A stretch of DNA of 62,331 nt from Gemmatimonadales bacterium (GCA_039915645.1 JBDSMX010000145.1:1-62331); one strand, 5' to 3'. Counted from the first letter of the stretch, positions 1-9,752 are shown. The notes: generated from the sequence alone by a model not told the origin. A program made the numbers and translations.

Positions 1-615
1 CCGGTGGTGTATGTGGCCGGAACTTGCATGAACTCCGGCAAGACCGTGGCAGCGACCGAACTGGTCCGCGGCCTTGCGCGGAGCGGCCTGCGGGTTGCGG
101 CCGCCAAGCTCACCGGCGTCTCGCTGATGCGCGATGCCCTCTCGATGCTGGATGCAGGTGCCATTGCCGCGCTGACCTTCAACGACGCCGGCGCTGCGAG
201 CACCCACGCCGGGATGACGGTGCCGGTGGCGCGCGGGCTCTTCAATCGACTCTCCGATCCGCGCGGCCCGCGGCCCGATGTCATCGTTGCCGAACTGGGC
301 GACGGCATTCTCGGCGAGTACGGTGTGCAGGACATCCTGCGCGCGAAGGACCTGATGTCGATTGGTGCGGCCTACGTGATGGCGGCGCCCGATCCTGTCG
401 GTTGCTGGGGCGCCCGCGAACTGATGCGCGATGACTTCGGCCTGCCGATCACCGTGATCACGGGCCCCGCCACCGACAACCACGTCGGCAGTGACTACAT
501 CACCGCCTCGCTCGGACTTCCCGCACACAATTCGCGGCGCGACGCCGAGGGGCTGGTCGCCCGGGTGCTCGAATCGCTGGAAGTGTGGCAGGCCGCGCAC
601 GGAGTCGTGTCGTGA
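1..615 (+). CDS. DUF1611-like (DgcN-related) P-loop protein, 5'-truncated by the window edge
   Basis: GTCMNSGKT Walker-A-like loop, AAKLTG and VIVAELGDG motifs; its stop overlaps the argC start (GTGA 612-615). Confidence 0.65.
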   Translation, partial: PVVYVAGTCMNSGKTVAATELVRGLARSGLRVAAAKLTGVSLMRDALSMLDAGAIAALTFNDAGAASTHAGMTVPVARGLFNRLSDPRGPRPDVIVAELGDGILGEYGVQDILRAKDLMSIGAAYVMAAPDPVGCWGARELMRDDFGLPITVITGPATDNHVGSDYITASLGLPAHNSRRDAEGLVARVLESLEVWQAAHGVVS

Positions 616-1640
616 AAGTCGCCGTCCTCGGCGGCGCCGGTTACGCCGGCGGGGAGCTGTTGCGGCTGGTGCTGCAGCACCCTGATGTCACCGAAGTGGT
701 GACCACGTCGCGCTCACAGGCGGGAAAGCCGATTGCCGATCTGCATCCGGCGCTGGCGATGTTGACCGATGCGCGCTTTGCAGCGCATGCACCCGGCGAC
801 GTGGCCAAGGGAAAGGACGTGGTCTTCCTCGCGCTCGAGCACGGTGAATCGTCGCGACTGATGGGCGAAATCGTCGATGCCGGGCCGGGGATGATCGTGG
901 ATATCGCGGCCGACTTCCGGATCCAGGATGGCCGGTTGCACGAGCAGTACTACGGCGCCCATCCGGCGCCAGCGCTGGTGCATCGCTTTCGCTACGGTCT
1001 CGCCGATGTCCTTGGCAAAGAGCTGCGCGGCGCCACGGCGATTGCCGCACCCGGCTGCTTCGCGACCGCCGCGCAGCTGGCGCTCTACGGCATCGCTGAT
1101 CTGCCGCTTGCCGCGTCGCCAGCGATCTTCGCGGTCACTGGGTCGAGCGGCGCCGGTGTCACGCCCAAGCCCACGACGCATCATCCGGCGCGGGCGCACA
1201 ACATGTTCGCGTATCAGCCGATGGGTCACCGCCACGAGGGTGAAGTGCTCGAGCAGTGGCGGAGCTGGCGCAAGGATCCCTTGGCGCGTGCGCGGCTGAT
1301 GACGCACTCGGGACCGTTCGTGCGAGGGATTCACGTGACGCTGCACGCGCATCTCGCCGAGGCGATGACCGGTTCGGCGCAGGAGCACCTCGCACGCCGC
1401 TTCGCGAGTCGGCCCTTTGTGCGGGTGACCAACGCGCCACCGGAGCTGACCCACGTGGTCGGGACCAACCTCGCGCAGCTGCACGCGGTGACGTCGCCCG
1501 ATGGTCGCGAAGTGCAGGTGATGTGTGTGATCGACAACCTGATCAAGGGCGCCGGCGGACAGGCCGTCCAGGCGATGAACCTCGCACTCGGCAACGATGA
1601 ACGCGCCGGGTTGCTCGCACCGGGACCATTTCCATGCTGA
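612..1640 (+). CDS. argC: N-acetyl-gamma-glutamyl-phosphate reductase
   Basis: GGAGYAGGEL NADP-binding loop, catalytic PGCF, DNLIKGAGGQAVQAMN; GTG start at 612. Confidence 0.95.
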   Translation: MKVAVLGGAGYAGGELLRLVLQHPDVTEVVTTSRSQAGKPIADLHPALAMLTDARFAAHAPGDVAKGKDVVFLALEHGESSRLMGEIVDAGPGMIVDIAADFRIQDGRLHEQYYGAHPAPALVHRFRYGLADVLGKELRGATAIAAPGCFATAAQLALYGIADLPLAASPAIFAVTGSSGAGVTPKPTTHHPARAHNMFAYQPMGHRHEGEVLEQWRSWRKDPLARARLMTHSGPFVRGIHVTLHAHLAEAMTGSAQEHLARRFASRPFVRVTNAPPELTHVVGTNLAQLHAVTSPDGREVQVMCVIDNLIKGAGGQAVQAMNLALGNDERAGLLAPGPFPC

Positions 1641-2791
1641 CTGCGACTGAGTCGCCGGCCCTGCTGCCGGTCTATGGCACGTTCCCGCTGCGGGCGGCGT
1701 CGGGATACGGCTCCTGGCTCGTCGATGAAGCGGGCAATGAATGGCTCGATGCCTACGGCGGTCACGCCGTGGCGAGTTCGGGGCATTCGCATCCCGATGT
1801 TGTCGCGGCCATCGCCGACCAGGCCGCCAAGCTGCTTTTCTATTCCACGGCGGTGCCGCACGCCGGCCGCGAGGAACTCGCCGAGAAGCTGGCAGCGCTT
1901 TCGCCCGAACCGCTGGGCAAGGTCTTCTTCTGCAACTCGGGTGCGGAGGCCAACGAAAACCTGCTCGGTCTCGCCCGGCGCAAGACCGGCAGGATGCAGG
2001 TGATCTCGATGCTTGGCGGTTGGCATGGCCGGACCGCTGCCACACTCGCTTGCACCGATGGTGCGAAGTACGAGGCCGGTGCCAAGCGTGCCGGCGTGCC
2101 GCTCTCGCGCAGGGTGCCGTTCAACGACATCGCTGCGCTCGAGGCCGCGATGGATGACACGATTGCCGCGGTGCTGCTCGAGCCGGTGCAGGGATTCCAG
2201 GGCGCTCGGTCGGCCACCGTGGAGTACCTCCAGGCGGTGCGCGCGCTCTGCGACACGTTCGGCGCCAAGCTGCTCTTCGATGAGGTGCAGTGCGGAGTCG
2301 GCCGCCTCGGGACGTTCACCGCGGCCGAGTTCTTTGGCGTCGTGCCCGACGCGCTGTCGATGGCGAAGGGACTCGCCGGTGGCCTGCCGATCGGTGCGGT
2401 GCTCGCGGTTCCGTCGCTGGTTGATGACATCAAGGTGGGCGATCTCGGTTCGACCTTCGGCGGCGGACCGGTGGTTTGCGCTGCGGCGCTGGCGAATATC
2501 GGCGTACTCGAACGGGAAGGGTTGCTCGAGAATGTTCGCCAGGTCAGTGCCCAGATTCAGGCCGCAGCGGCGACGATGCCCCACGTGCTGCGCGTGCATG
2601 GACACGGATTCCTGCTCGGCCTCGAGCTGGATATTCCGGCGGCGCAGGTGCAGCAGGCGCTGTGGCCGAAGCGGATTCTCACGGGGACGTCGACGGACCC
2701 GATGACGCTGCGTCTGCTCCCGCCGCTGACCTTCTCGCGCGATGAAGCGGAGCTGCTGATCACGGGACTGCGTGAGGTGCTCGCCGGATGA
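1634..2791 (+). CDS. argD: Acetylornithine aminotransferase (class III PLP)
   Basis: FFCNSGAEANE, HGRT, LLFDEVQCGVGRLG, AKGLAGG, GSTFGGGP; arg operon context. Confidence 0.92.
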   Translation: MLTATESPALLPVYGTFPLRAASGYGSWLVDEAGNEWLDAYGGHAVASSGHSHPDVVAAIADQAAKLLFYSTAVPHAGREELAEKLAALSPEPLGKVFFCNSGAEANENLLGLARRKTGRMQVISMLGGWHGRTAATLACTDGAKYEAGAKRAGVPLSRRVPFNDIAALEAAMDDTIAAVLLEPVQGFQGARSATVEYLQAVRALCDTFGAKLLFDEVQCGVGRLGTFTAAEFFGVVPDALSMAKGLAGGLPIGAVLAVPSLVDDIKVGDLGSTFGGGPVVCAAALANIGVLEREGLLENVRQVSAQIQAAAATMPHVLRVHGHGFLLGLELDIPAAQVQQALWPKRILTGTSTDPMTLRLLPPLTFSRDEAELLITGLREVLAG

Positions 2792-3801
2792 AGCGGGATT
2801 TCCTCGCGATGGAGGAGTGGTCGCCCGATCTGATCGACCACCTGCTCGGGCTGGCGCTGCGCTGCAAGCGGGGCGAGATCGATGGCGGGCTGGTGAAGAA
2901 GGTGCTGGCGATGGTGTTCCTCGATCCCTCGCTGCGCACGCGTTCGTCGATGGAGACGGCGATGTTCCTCCACGGCGGCCACGCCCTCGCGCTCGAGCCC
3001 GGAAAGGGGAGTTGGGCGCTGGAGACCGAGCTCGACACGGTGATGGACGGGACGTCGGTCGAGCATATCATCGAGGCGGCCCGGGTGCTCGGGCGCTACG
3101 CCGATGCGCTGGCGGTGCGCTCCTTTCCGAAGGGGACGGATTGGCAGGTCGAACGTCAGGACCACACCCTGCGGAACTTTGCGAAGTACTGTGAGAAGCC
3201 GGTGATCAATCTCGAGTCGGCGCGACGGCACCCCTGTCAGGGGCTCGCCGATGCGCTCACGATGCGCGAGCATCTCGGCGAGACACAGGGGAAGCGGTTC
3301 GTGCTCATGTGGGCCTGGCATCCGAAGGCGTTGCCGACGGCAGTCCCTGCCAGCGCGGCGCTCGCAGCGGCGCATCTCGGCATGGAGATCACCATCGCGC
3401 GGCCGGCCGGGTTCGATCTTGACCCTGAGGACTACCTCGCGATCGACATGCTTGCCTCGGCACGCGGTGGCACACTTCGGGTGACCGAGGATGTCGACGG
3501 TGCCATCGATGGCGCGCATGCGGTGTACACCAAGGCGTGGGGCTCGTTGCTGCATTTCGGCCGGCCCGACGAAGAGCGGGCGCTGCGTGAAGGGAAGCGC
3601 GACTGGCGGCTCACCCAGGCGCGGATGCGCACGACCGCGCACGAACGCGGCATCGCGCTCCACTGCCTGCCGGTGCGCCGCAACGTCGAGATCGACGGCG
3701 AGGTGCTCGACGGACCAAACAGCGTGGTGGTCGATCAGGCGGAGAATCGGTTGCACGCGCAAAGGGCGCTGCTGCTGGAACTGATTGGCGATACGAGATG
3801 A
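2788..3801 (+). CDS. argF: N-acyl-ornithine carbamoyltransferase (ArgF'; AOTCase/SOTCase family, SOTCase-like residues)
   Basis: SLRT carbamoyl-phosphate motif, HPCQ, WAWHPKALP proline-rich loop and HCLPVRRNV, typical of ArgF' rather than classical OTC. Confidence 0.9.
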   Translation: MKRDFLAMEEWSPDLIDHLLGLALRCKRGEIDGGLVKKVLAMVFLDPSLRTRSSMETAMFLHGGHALALEPGKGSWALETELDTVMDGTSVEHIIEAARVLGRYADALAVRSFPKGTDWQVERQDHTLRNFAKYCEKPVINLESARRHPCQGLADALTMREHLGETQGKRFVLMWAWHPKALPTAVPASAALAAAHLGMEITIARPAGFDLDPEDYLAIDMLASARGGTLRVTEDVDGAIDGAHAVYTKAWGSLLHFGRPDEERALREGKRDWRLTQARMRTTAHERGIALHCLPVRRNVEIDGEVLDGPNSVVVDQAENRLHAQRALLLELIGDTR

Positions 3802-3838
3802 TGGATGATGGATGATGGATGATGGATGATGGATGATG
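3797..3838. repeat. Heptamer tandem repeat (GATGATG)x6
   Basis: Six perfect copies read directly; the first overlaps the argF' stop codon. Confidence 0.95.
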
Positions 3839-3855
3839 GAGGAGGGGGGGGAGGG

Positions 3856-3903
3856 AGGGAGGAGAGGTGGCCGTCTGCCAGGCACGGAACCCCTCTCCTC
3901 CCT
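3856..3903. repeat. Inverted repeat/hairpin AGGGAGGAGAGG...CCTCTCCTCCCT
   Basis: 12-bp perfect arms (3856-3867 / 3892-3903) plus inner CCGT/ACGG pairing. Confidence 0.75.
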
Positions 3904-3927
3904 GAGCTCTCCTCTCTGCTCCTGTGG

Positions 3928-3954
3928 TGATACAATCTTGAATTCGATGGGGAG
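3928..3954 (+). promoter_or_regulatory. Putative internal extended -10 promoter (TGATACAAT) and RBS for argB
   Basis: TG-n-TACAAT at 3928-3936; GGGGAG 4 nt before ATG 3959. Confidence 0.5.
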
Positions 3955-3958
3955 ACAG

Positions 3959-4894
3959 ATGGCAATCGATACAACCAAGGGCATTGCCGGACTCAAGGGC
4001 GCCCTCCGCTACGTTCGCGCGTACCGCGATCACGTCTTCGTCGTCAAGCTCGGCGGCGACGTGCTCTCGGACGCGCACAATCTCGACATGGTGGCGGGGC
4101 AGCTGGCGCTGCTGTCGTCGCTCTCGATCCGGATTGTGGTCGTGCACGGCGGTGGCCCGCAAGCGAGTGCAGTGGCGCGTCGCCTTGGGCAGGAGCCGCA
4201 GATGGTGGCCGGGCGTCGCGTCACTGACGACGGCGCGCTCGAGGTCGCCAAGATGGTCTATCGCGGCCTGCTCAATACCGATCTGGTGTCGGCGCTTCGG
4301 CGGCACGGGGTGCAGGCCACCGGCGTCTCGGGAGTCGATGGCGATCTGCTCACGGCGCACCGACGTCTGCCGATCCGGGTGGTCGATGATGCGGGCGAGT
4401 CGCGGGTCGTGGACTACGGTCACGTGGGCGATATCGACAAGGTCGATCCGCGCATTCTGACCACGCTGATGGATGCTCGCTTCGTGCCGGTGGTGTCTTC
4501 CCTCGCCGGCGATAACGAAGGGAATGTCTACAACGTCAATGCCGACACCGTCGCCGAGACGCTGGCAATCGCGCTCAAGGCGCAGAAGCTCATCTTCCTC
4601 ACCGGCGCGCCCGGCGTGCTGCGGAATCGCAATGATCCCAGCACGCTGGTGACCTTTGCGGATCCGGACGATCTGGCCGAACTGATGGCGAGCGGCGCGC
4701 TGGTTGGCGGGATGAAGCCGAAGGTCGAAGCCTGCATCCGGGCGGCCACCGGTGGCGTGGAGCGCACTCACATCATCGATGGCCGGGTGCCCGACTCGTT
4801 GTTGTACGAAGTGTTCACCGGTGCCGGATTCGGGACCATGATTGTTGGCCGGAAGGAGAAGGCGACCTACCTTGGCGTTGACCTCGCCGACTGA
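3959..4894 (+). CDS. argB: Acetylglutamate kinase
   Basis: FVVKLGG, VVVHGGGPQ, GRRVTD, YNVNAD, GGMKPKVEAC; no C-terminal GNAT domain; ATG 3959 has an RBS. Confidence 0.95.
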   Translation: MAIDTTKGIAGLKGALRYVRAYRDHVFVVKLGGDVLSDAHNLDMVAGQLALLSSLSIRIVVVHGGGPQASAVARRLGQEPQMVAGRRVTDDGALEVAKMVYRGLLNTDLVSALRRHGVQATGVSGVDGDLLTAHRRLPIRVVDDAGESRVVDYGHVGDIDKVDPRILTTLMDARFVPVVSSLAGDNEGNVYNVNADTVAETLAIALKAQKLIFLTGAPGVLRNRNDPSTLVTFADPDDLAELMASGALVGGMKPKVEACIRAATGGVERTHIIDGRVPDSLLYEVFTGAGFGTMIVGRKEKATYLGVDLAD

Positions 4895-5945
4895 GATCGA
4901 GTTCCTCCGCGAGCTGGTGGCCGTCCCGTCGATCAGCGGGAATGAGGCGCCGGCTGCGGAACTGGTCGAGCTGGCAGCGCGCCGGCTCGGCCTCGACGTC
5001 GTGCGCGACGAAACGTCGGTGCGCGTTGCCGTGGGTGATGAGCAGGCCGGGCCAACACTCGCCCTGGCGTCGCATCTCGATGTGGTGCCCCCGGGCGAAG
5101 GCTGGACGCGCGACCCGTTCACGCCGGTGATCGAAGGCGACCTGCTCTACGGTCGCGGCTCCGGCGATGCCAAGGGGTCGGTCAGCGCGATGCTCTTCGC
5201 ACTCGCCGATCTTGCGGCCGGCCGCGTCGCACTCAAGGGACGCGCCCTCGCCATTTTCGCCTATGGTGAGGAGACCCGGAATGCCACGATGCCGCAGGCG
5301 GTACTGCGCGCCGGTCGACTCGATGCGGCACTGGTTGGCGAACCCACCAATCTCAATCTCGCCATTGCCCAGCGCGGCCTGATGATGGTGGATCTTGTCA
5401 CGCGGGGCGATCAACGGCACGCCGGATACGCGGCGAGCTCGGGCTTCAGCAACGCCATCACGCTGCTGGCGCGGGAGCTGGTGAAGCTCGATGACATCGT
5501 GGTCGAGCGAGTGCATCCCGTGCTCGGCGTCACCACGGTCACGCCGACCATGCTCGAAGCGGGGGTCTCGCGGAATGTCACGCCCCCCGCGGCGCGAGCG
5601 ATTCTCGATGTCCGATCGACGCCGGCCTGGACCCACGACGAACTCGAACTGGCGCTCACCGAGCGACTGGCGTGCGAGGTCGTCGTTACCTCCAAGCGAC
5701 TGGTGCCGTGCGAGACTCCAGCCGGCTCCCGGCTGCTCGCCGCGGCGCAGCGCGTGGCACCAGCGGCCACCAGCTACGGCTCACCGACCTGCTCCGACTG
5801 GTGTTTCCTCAGGCATCTCGATGCGATCAAGGTCGGTCCCGGCACGTCGCAGCGGTCGCATACTCCCGATGAGTCGGTGAACATTTCCGAAGTTACAGCG
5901 GCCCGCGCGTTCTACGCACGGGTGGCGGAGGCCTACCTCGCGTGA
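4878..5945 (+). CDS. argE: M20 deacylase (ArgE; N-acyl-citrulline/ornithine deacylase)
   Basis: SHLDVVP, GRGSGDAKG, GEE, VGEPT, SHTPDE; start approximate (TTG 4872 or 4878). Confidence 0.85.
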   Translation: MTSPTEIEFLRELVAVPSISGNEAPAAELVELAARRLGLDVVRDETSVRVAVGDEQAGPTLALASHLDVVPPGEGWTRDPFTPVIEGDLLYGRGSGDAKGSVSAMLFALADLAAGRVALKGRALAIFAYGEETRNATMPQAVLRAGRLDAALVGEPTNLNLAIAQRGLMMVDLVTRGDQRHAGYAASSGFSNAITLLARELVKLDDIVVERVHPVLGVTTVTPTMLEAGVSRNVTPPAARAILDVRSTPAWTHDELELALTERLACEVVVTSKRLVPCETPAGSRLLAAAQRVAPAATSYGSPTCSDWCFLRHLDAIKVGPGTSQRSHTPDESVNISEVTAARAFYARVAEAYLA

Positions 5946-7321
5946 AGCGCTCCGAAACGCTCTGGTCGCCCGGGTCCGCTCCCGATGCCCAGATGCTGGC
6001 CTACACGGTCGCGGACGATCGAGAGATCGACAGCCGACTTCTCCGCTGGGACGTGCTCGGGTCGTTGGGACATCTCGAGGCACTCGCCAAAGGGAAGATC
6101 ATTTCTCCGAAGGAGCGCGCCGGCATGCGGCGAGCGCTCCTTGCCGCGCTCAAAGCGGTCGATGCAGGCGAGCTGCGAATCAGCGGGGCCCACGAGGATG
6201 GCCATTCGGCGGTGGAGTTCTGGCTCACCAAGCGTTTCGGAGATGTGGGGGAGCGACTCCATGCCGGGCGGTCCCGCAACGACCAGGTCGTGACCGATCT
6301 CCGGCTCTGTCTCAAGGACGAAGTGCTGACGCTGCACTCCCGGATGCTCGGGCTCGCTGAGGCGCTCCTCGCCTTTGCCGCACTGCACAAGCGCGTGCTC
6401 TGGCCGGGGTACACCCATCAGCGTATTGCGATGCCATCGTCTGCGGGCCTCTGGGCTGCGGGTTATGCCGAAGGCCTGCTCGATGCCGCCGATGCGGTGC
6501 ACGGCTTCTGGAGCCGACTCGACCGATCGCCGCTCGGGAGTGCCGCTGGATATGGCGTGCCGCTCCCGCTCGCGCGCGAGGCGGCAGCCAAGGCGCTCGG
6601 CTTCGCCGGACTCGATCAGGTCGTCACCTCGGTCCAGGGAGGGCGCGGCACGCTCGAAGCCGCGGTGCTCTTCTGGTGCACCGAGGCTGCCCATCACTGC
6701 GCCAAGTTTTCGGCCGACGTGATTCTCTTCTCGGCGGATGAGTTCGGCTGGATCACGTTGCCCCACGAGCTCTCCACCGGTTCGAGCATCATGCCGCAGA
6801 AGCGGAACCCGGATCTCTTCGAGCTCACACGGGCACGCGGCGCCGCCATCGAAGGCGATCTCGCGACGATCCTCGCCCTCAAGGGGCGGCTCGCGGGCGG
6901 CTATCATCGCGATTTCCAGTTTCTCAAGGCACCGCTCTTCCGAGGTCTCGACCGAATGGCCGAGATGCTGGCCATGCTGACAACGGCGGTACCGCGGCTC
7001 GGAGTCGATGCCGCGGCGGGCCGCGCCGCGCTGCAGGGCGACGTCCTCGCCACCGATGAGGTGATGCGACGTGTCCGCGGCGGAACGCCGTTCCGACGCG
7101 CCTATCGTGATGTGGCCGCGGATGTGAAGGGTGGTGTCGCGATGCCGGCGCTCAGCGCGACCGAGCTGATCGCGGCGCGAAGCAAGAGCAGTGGCGGGAT
7201 CGGCAATCTTCCGATCGCGGGATTGCGGCAACGCATTCGCCTGGCCGCGCGATGGAATGCGGTGCGGCGTGCGTCGTATGCGCGCGCCCTTGCACGTCTC
7301 ACTGCAGCGAGGGCGCGATGA
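5942..7321 (+). CDS. argH: Argininosuccinate lyase
   Basis: HAGRSRNDQV, PGYTHQR, STGSSIMPQKRNPD signature. Confidence 0.96.
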   Translation: MKRSETLWSPGSAPDAQMLAYTVADDREIDSRLLRWDVLGSLGHLEALAKGKIISPKERAGMRRALLAALKAVDAGELRISGAHEDGHSAVEFWLTKRFGDVGERLHAGRSRNDQVVTDLRLCLKDEVLTLHSRMLGLAEALLAFAALHKRVLWPGYTHQRIAMPSSAGLWAAGYAEGLLDAADAVHGFWSRLDRSPLGSAAGYGVPLPLAREAAAKALGFAGLDQVVTSVQGGRGTLEAAVLFWCTEAAHHCAKFSADVILFSADEFGWITLPHELSTGSSIMPQKRNPDLFELTRARGAAIEGDLATILALKGRLAGGYHRDFQFLKAPLFRGLDRMAEMLAMLTTAVPRLGVDAAAGRAALQGDVLATDEVMRRVRGGTPFRRAYRDVAADVKGGVAMPALSATELIAARSKSSGGIGNLPIAGLRQRIRLAARWNAVRRASYARALARLTAARAR

Positions 7322-7782
7322 GCCTCGAACGCCGCAAGCGTCACCTCAAGATTCTCGAGCTGGTCGCCACACGACCGATGCGCACCCAGGACGAGGTCGC
7401 CGACGCGCTCGCTCAGGAGGGGTGGGAGGTGACCCAGAGTTCGGTGTCGCGTGACATTTCCGCGCTCGGACTGGTGAAGTCTGATGGCATCTACCAGCGC
7501 CCCGCTTCGGCGCGGCTCAAGGAGATCGCCGACCCGAACGAGCGTCGACTCGCGGAATCGTTGCTCGCAGTCGAAGCCGCCGGTGAGGCGCTGCTGGTGT
7601 TGCACACTCCGCCGGGTGAGGCGCAGCGCGTCGGGAGCGCACTCGACCTGCTCGCGTGGGCCGAGATCGTTGGCACGATTGCCGGCGACGATACCATATT
7701 CATCGCGGTACCTCACGCCAGCGCGCAAACCAAGATCCTGCGACGCTTGCGTACCATCATGGGCAAGGAGCGCGCTGAGTGA
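7318..7782 (+). CDS. argR: Arginine repressor
   Basis: TQDE, VTQSSVSRDI (SR motif), GTIAGDDTIF; ATGA overlap with argH. Confidence 0.95.
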   Translation: MSLERRKRHLKILELVATRPMRTQDEVADALAQEGWEVTQSSVSRDISALGLVKSDGIYQRPASARLKEIADPNERRLAESLLAVEAAGEALLVLHTPPGEAQRVGSALDLLAWAEIVGTIAGDDTIFIAVPHASAQTKILRRLRTIMGKERAE

Positions 7783-9752
7783 TCCGCAGCGGGTACATCG
7801 TGTTCCTGCTCGCCGCTCTGGCGGGCTGTGCCACCGATGCACCCACGCGCCCACCCGACCGTCCTCTGATTGAATGGCCGAGCTACGGCGGCGATCTGGC
7901 CGCCACGCGCTGGTCTCCCGCCGCCGACATCACGCCCGACAACGTCAGCCAATTGAGACCGGCCTGGACCTGGCGCACGGGCGAGTATGCCCACGTCGAC
8001 CGGCATACTGGCGAGCACATGCTGCCGGGGTTCTTCGAGGCCACGCCGGTGATGGCGGGCGACACCTTGTATCTCAGCACGCCGTTCTCTCGCGCCGTCG
8101 CCCTCGATGCGATCACCGGCAAACAGCTCTGGGCCTTCGATCCCGATGTGACGCGCTATGGGCTGATTGCCAACGAGCATTCGGGCTTCGTCCATCGCGG
8201 GGTCGCCCTCTGGCAGGGAGATGGCGGCCGGCGGGTCTTCCTCAATGCACGCTGGCAACTCTTCGCGCTCGATGCGCAGACCGGTCGACCCATTCCGGAG
8301 TTCGGTGATGCCGGTGTGGTCGATCTCACGAAGAATCTTCGCTGGCCGGTGAACCGACTTCATTTCGGGCAGACGTCACCGCCGCTGATCTGGCGCGACG
8401 TGGTGATCGTCGGCAGTGCGATCGGTGACGCACTCCTCTACCCGCGTGATCCACCCGGTGATGTGCAGGCGTTCGACGCCCGCAGCGGCACGCGCCTCTG
8501 GCGCTGGGATCCGCTTCCGCCGCTTGGCGCGCCGGCCGATTCCTCGTGGCGTGCAGGTTCCGCCGAAGTAACGGGGCACGCCAATGTCTGGGCACCGATG
8601 TCGCTCGATACTGCGCGTGGTCTGGTCTACCTCCCGATCAGCGCCGCGAGCAATGACTTCTATGGTGGCCACCGGCTCGGCGACAATCGGTGGGCGCAGT
8701 CGATCGTCTGTCTCGATGCGCGCACCGGCAAGTTCGTCTGGGCCCAGCAACTCGTGCATCACGGCCTCTGGGACTATGACCCGCCCGGAGCGCCGGTTCT
8801 GCTCGATGTGATGCAAAACGGGGTGTCGGTTCCGGTCGTCGCGGTCGCCGGGAAGACCGGCTTCCTCTACCTCTACAATCGCGTTACTGGCGCTCCGCTC
8901 TGGCCGATCGAGGAGCGTACCGCCCCTGCGAGCACGACGCCCGGCGAGATGACATCCGCGACCCAGCCTGCTCCGACTCGACCGATACCGTTCGCACGTC
9001 AGGGGATCGCCGATAGCGACCTGGTGGATTTCACGCCTCGGGTACGGGCGATGGCACGGGCGCTGGTGGCTGGTCACACGCTCGGGCCGATGTTTACCCC
9101 TCCCACACTCGCCGGAACGATTGCATTGCCGGGATGGATCGGCGGAGCTGGCTGGGGTGGCATGACGGCGAACCCCGACCGTGGTGTGCTGTTCATCAAG
9201 GGGACCAACAAGCCGTCGCTGCTCACGCTCGTCGCGAGCGACTCGGCTCGCGGCTACATCCGCGATCCGGCACCACGCTCGATCGACTCCCGGATCATGC
9301 TCCGGCTGCCCCCGTGGCGCGATTGGGGTACGCTGAGGTCACACGTTGCCACGCTGCCGGTGATCAAGCCTCCCTATGGTACGCTGAGCGCCTATTCGAT
9401 CGCGACCGGTGAGCGACTCTGGCAAGTCACCCTCGGCGACCTGCCGGAGGTCCGCAACCATCCGTGGTTGCGCGATCTGCACCTGCCGCCTCTCGGCGTA
9501 CCGGGTGCACCGGGCGGGATGACAACCCGGGGTGGCTTGATCTTCATCACCGGCGGCGGGACCGTGCTCTACGCCATCGATCAGCGCGATGGCGCGGTTC
9601 GCTGGAGCAGCGATCTCGACGTGCGGGGCTACAGCAATCCGATGTCCTATCGCGCCAGCGATGGACGTCAGTATGTGGTGGTCGCCACGGGCGATGGCGC
9701 CGAGGCGAGCCTGCGCGCGTTCGTTCTACCTCTGCAGCAGGAGGAGCGATGA
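7779..9752 (+). CDS. PQQ-dependent dehydrogenase (quinoprotein glucose dehydrogenase family), lipoprotein
   Basis: LAALAGC lipobox, WPSYGGD, FEATP, HRGVA, HHGLWDYD, PPYGTL, NPMSY..DGRQYVVV. Confidence 0.88.
   Translation: MIRSGYIVFLLAALAGCATDAPTRPPDRPLIEWPSYGGDLAATRWSPAADITPDNVSQLRPAWTWRTGEYAHVDRHTGEHMLPGFFEATPVMAGDTLYLSTPFSRAVALDAITGKQLWAFDPDVTRYGLIANEHSGFVHRGVALWQGDGGRRVFLNARWQLFALDAQTGRPIPEFGDAGVVDLTKNLRWPVNRLHFGQTSPPLIWRDVVIVGSAIGDALLYPRDPPGDVQAFDARSGTRLWRWDPLPPLGAPADSSWRAGSAEVTGHANVWAPMSLDTARGLVYLPISAASNDFYGGHRLGDNRWAQSIVCLDARTGKFVWAQQLVHHGLWDYDPPGAPVLLDVMQNGVSVPVVAVAGKTGFLYLYNRVTGAPLWPIEERTAPASTTPGEMTSATQPAPTRPIPFARQGIADSDLVDFTPRVRAMARALVAGHTLGPMFTPPTLAGTIALPGWIGGAGWGGMTANPDRGVLFIKGTNKPSLLTLVASDSARGYIRDPAPRSIDSRIMLRLPPWRDWGTLRSHVATLPVIKPPYGTLSAYSIATGERLWQVTLGDLPEVRNHPWLRDLHLPPLGVPGAPGGMTTRGGLIFITGGGTVLYAIDQRDGAVRWSSDLDVRGYSNPMSYRASDGRQYVVVATGDGAEASLRAFVLPLQQEER

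Noticed and set aside
3797..3838. Tandem repeat as a CRISPR array
   Set aside because: 7-bp unit with no spacers and no cas genes; no CRISPR array seen anywhere in the window.
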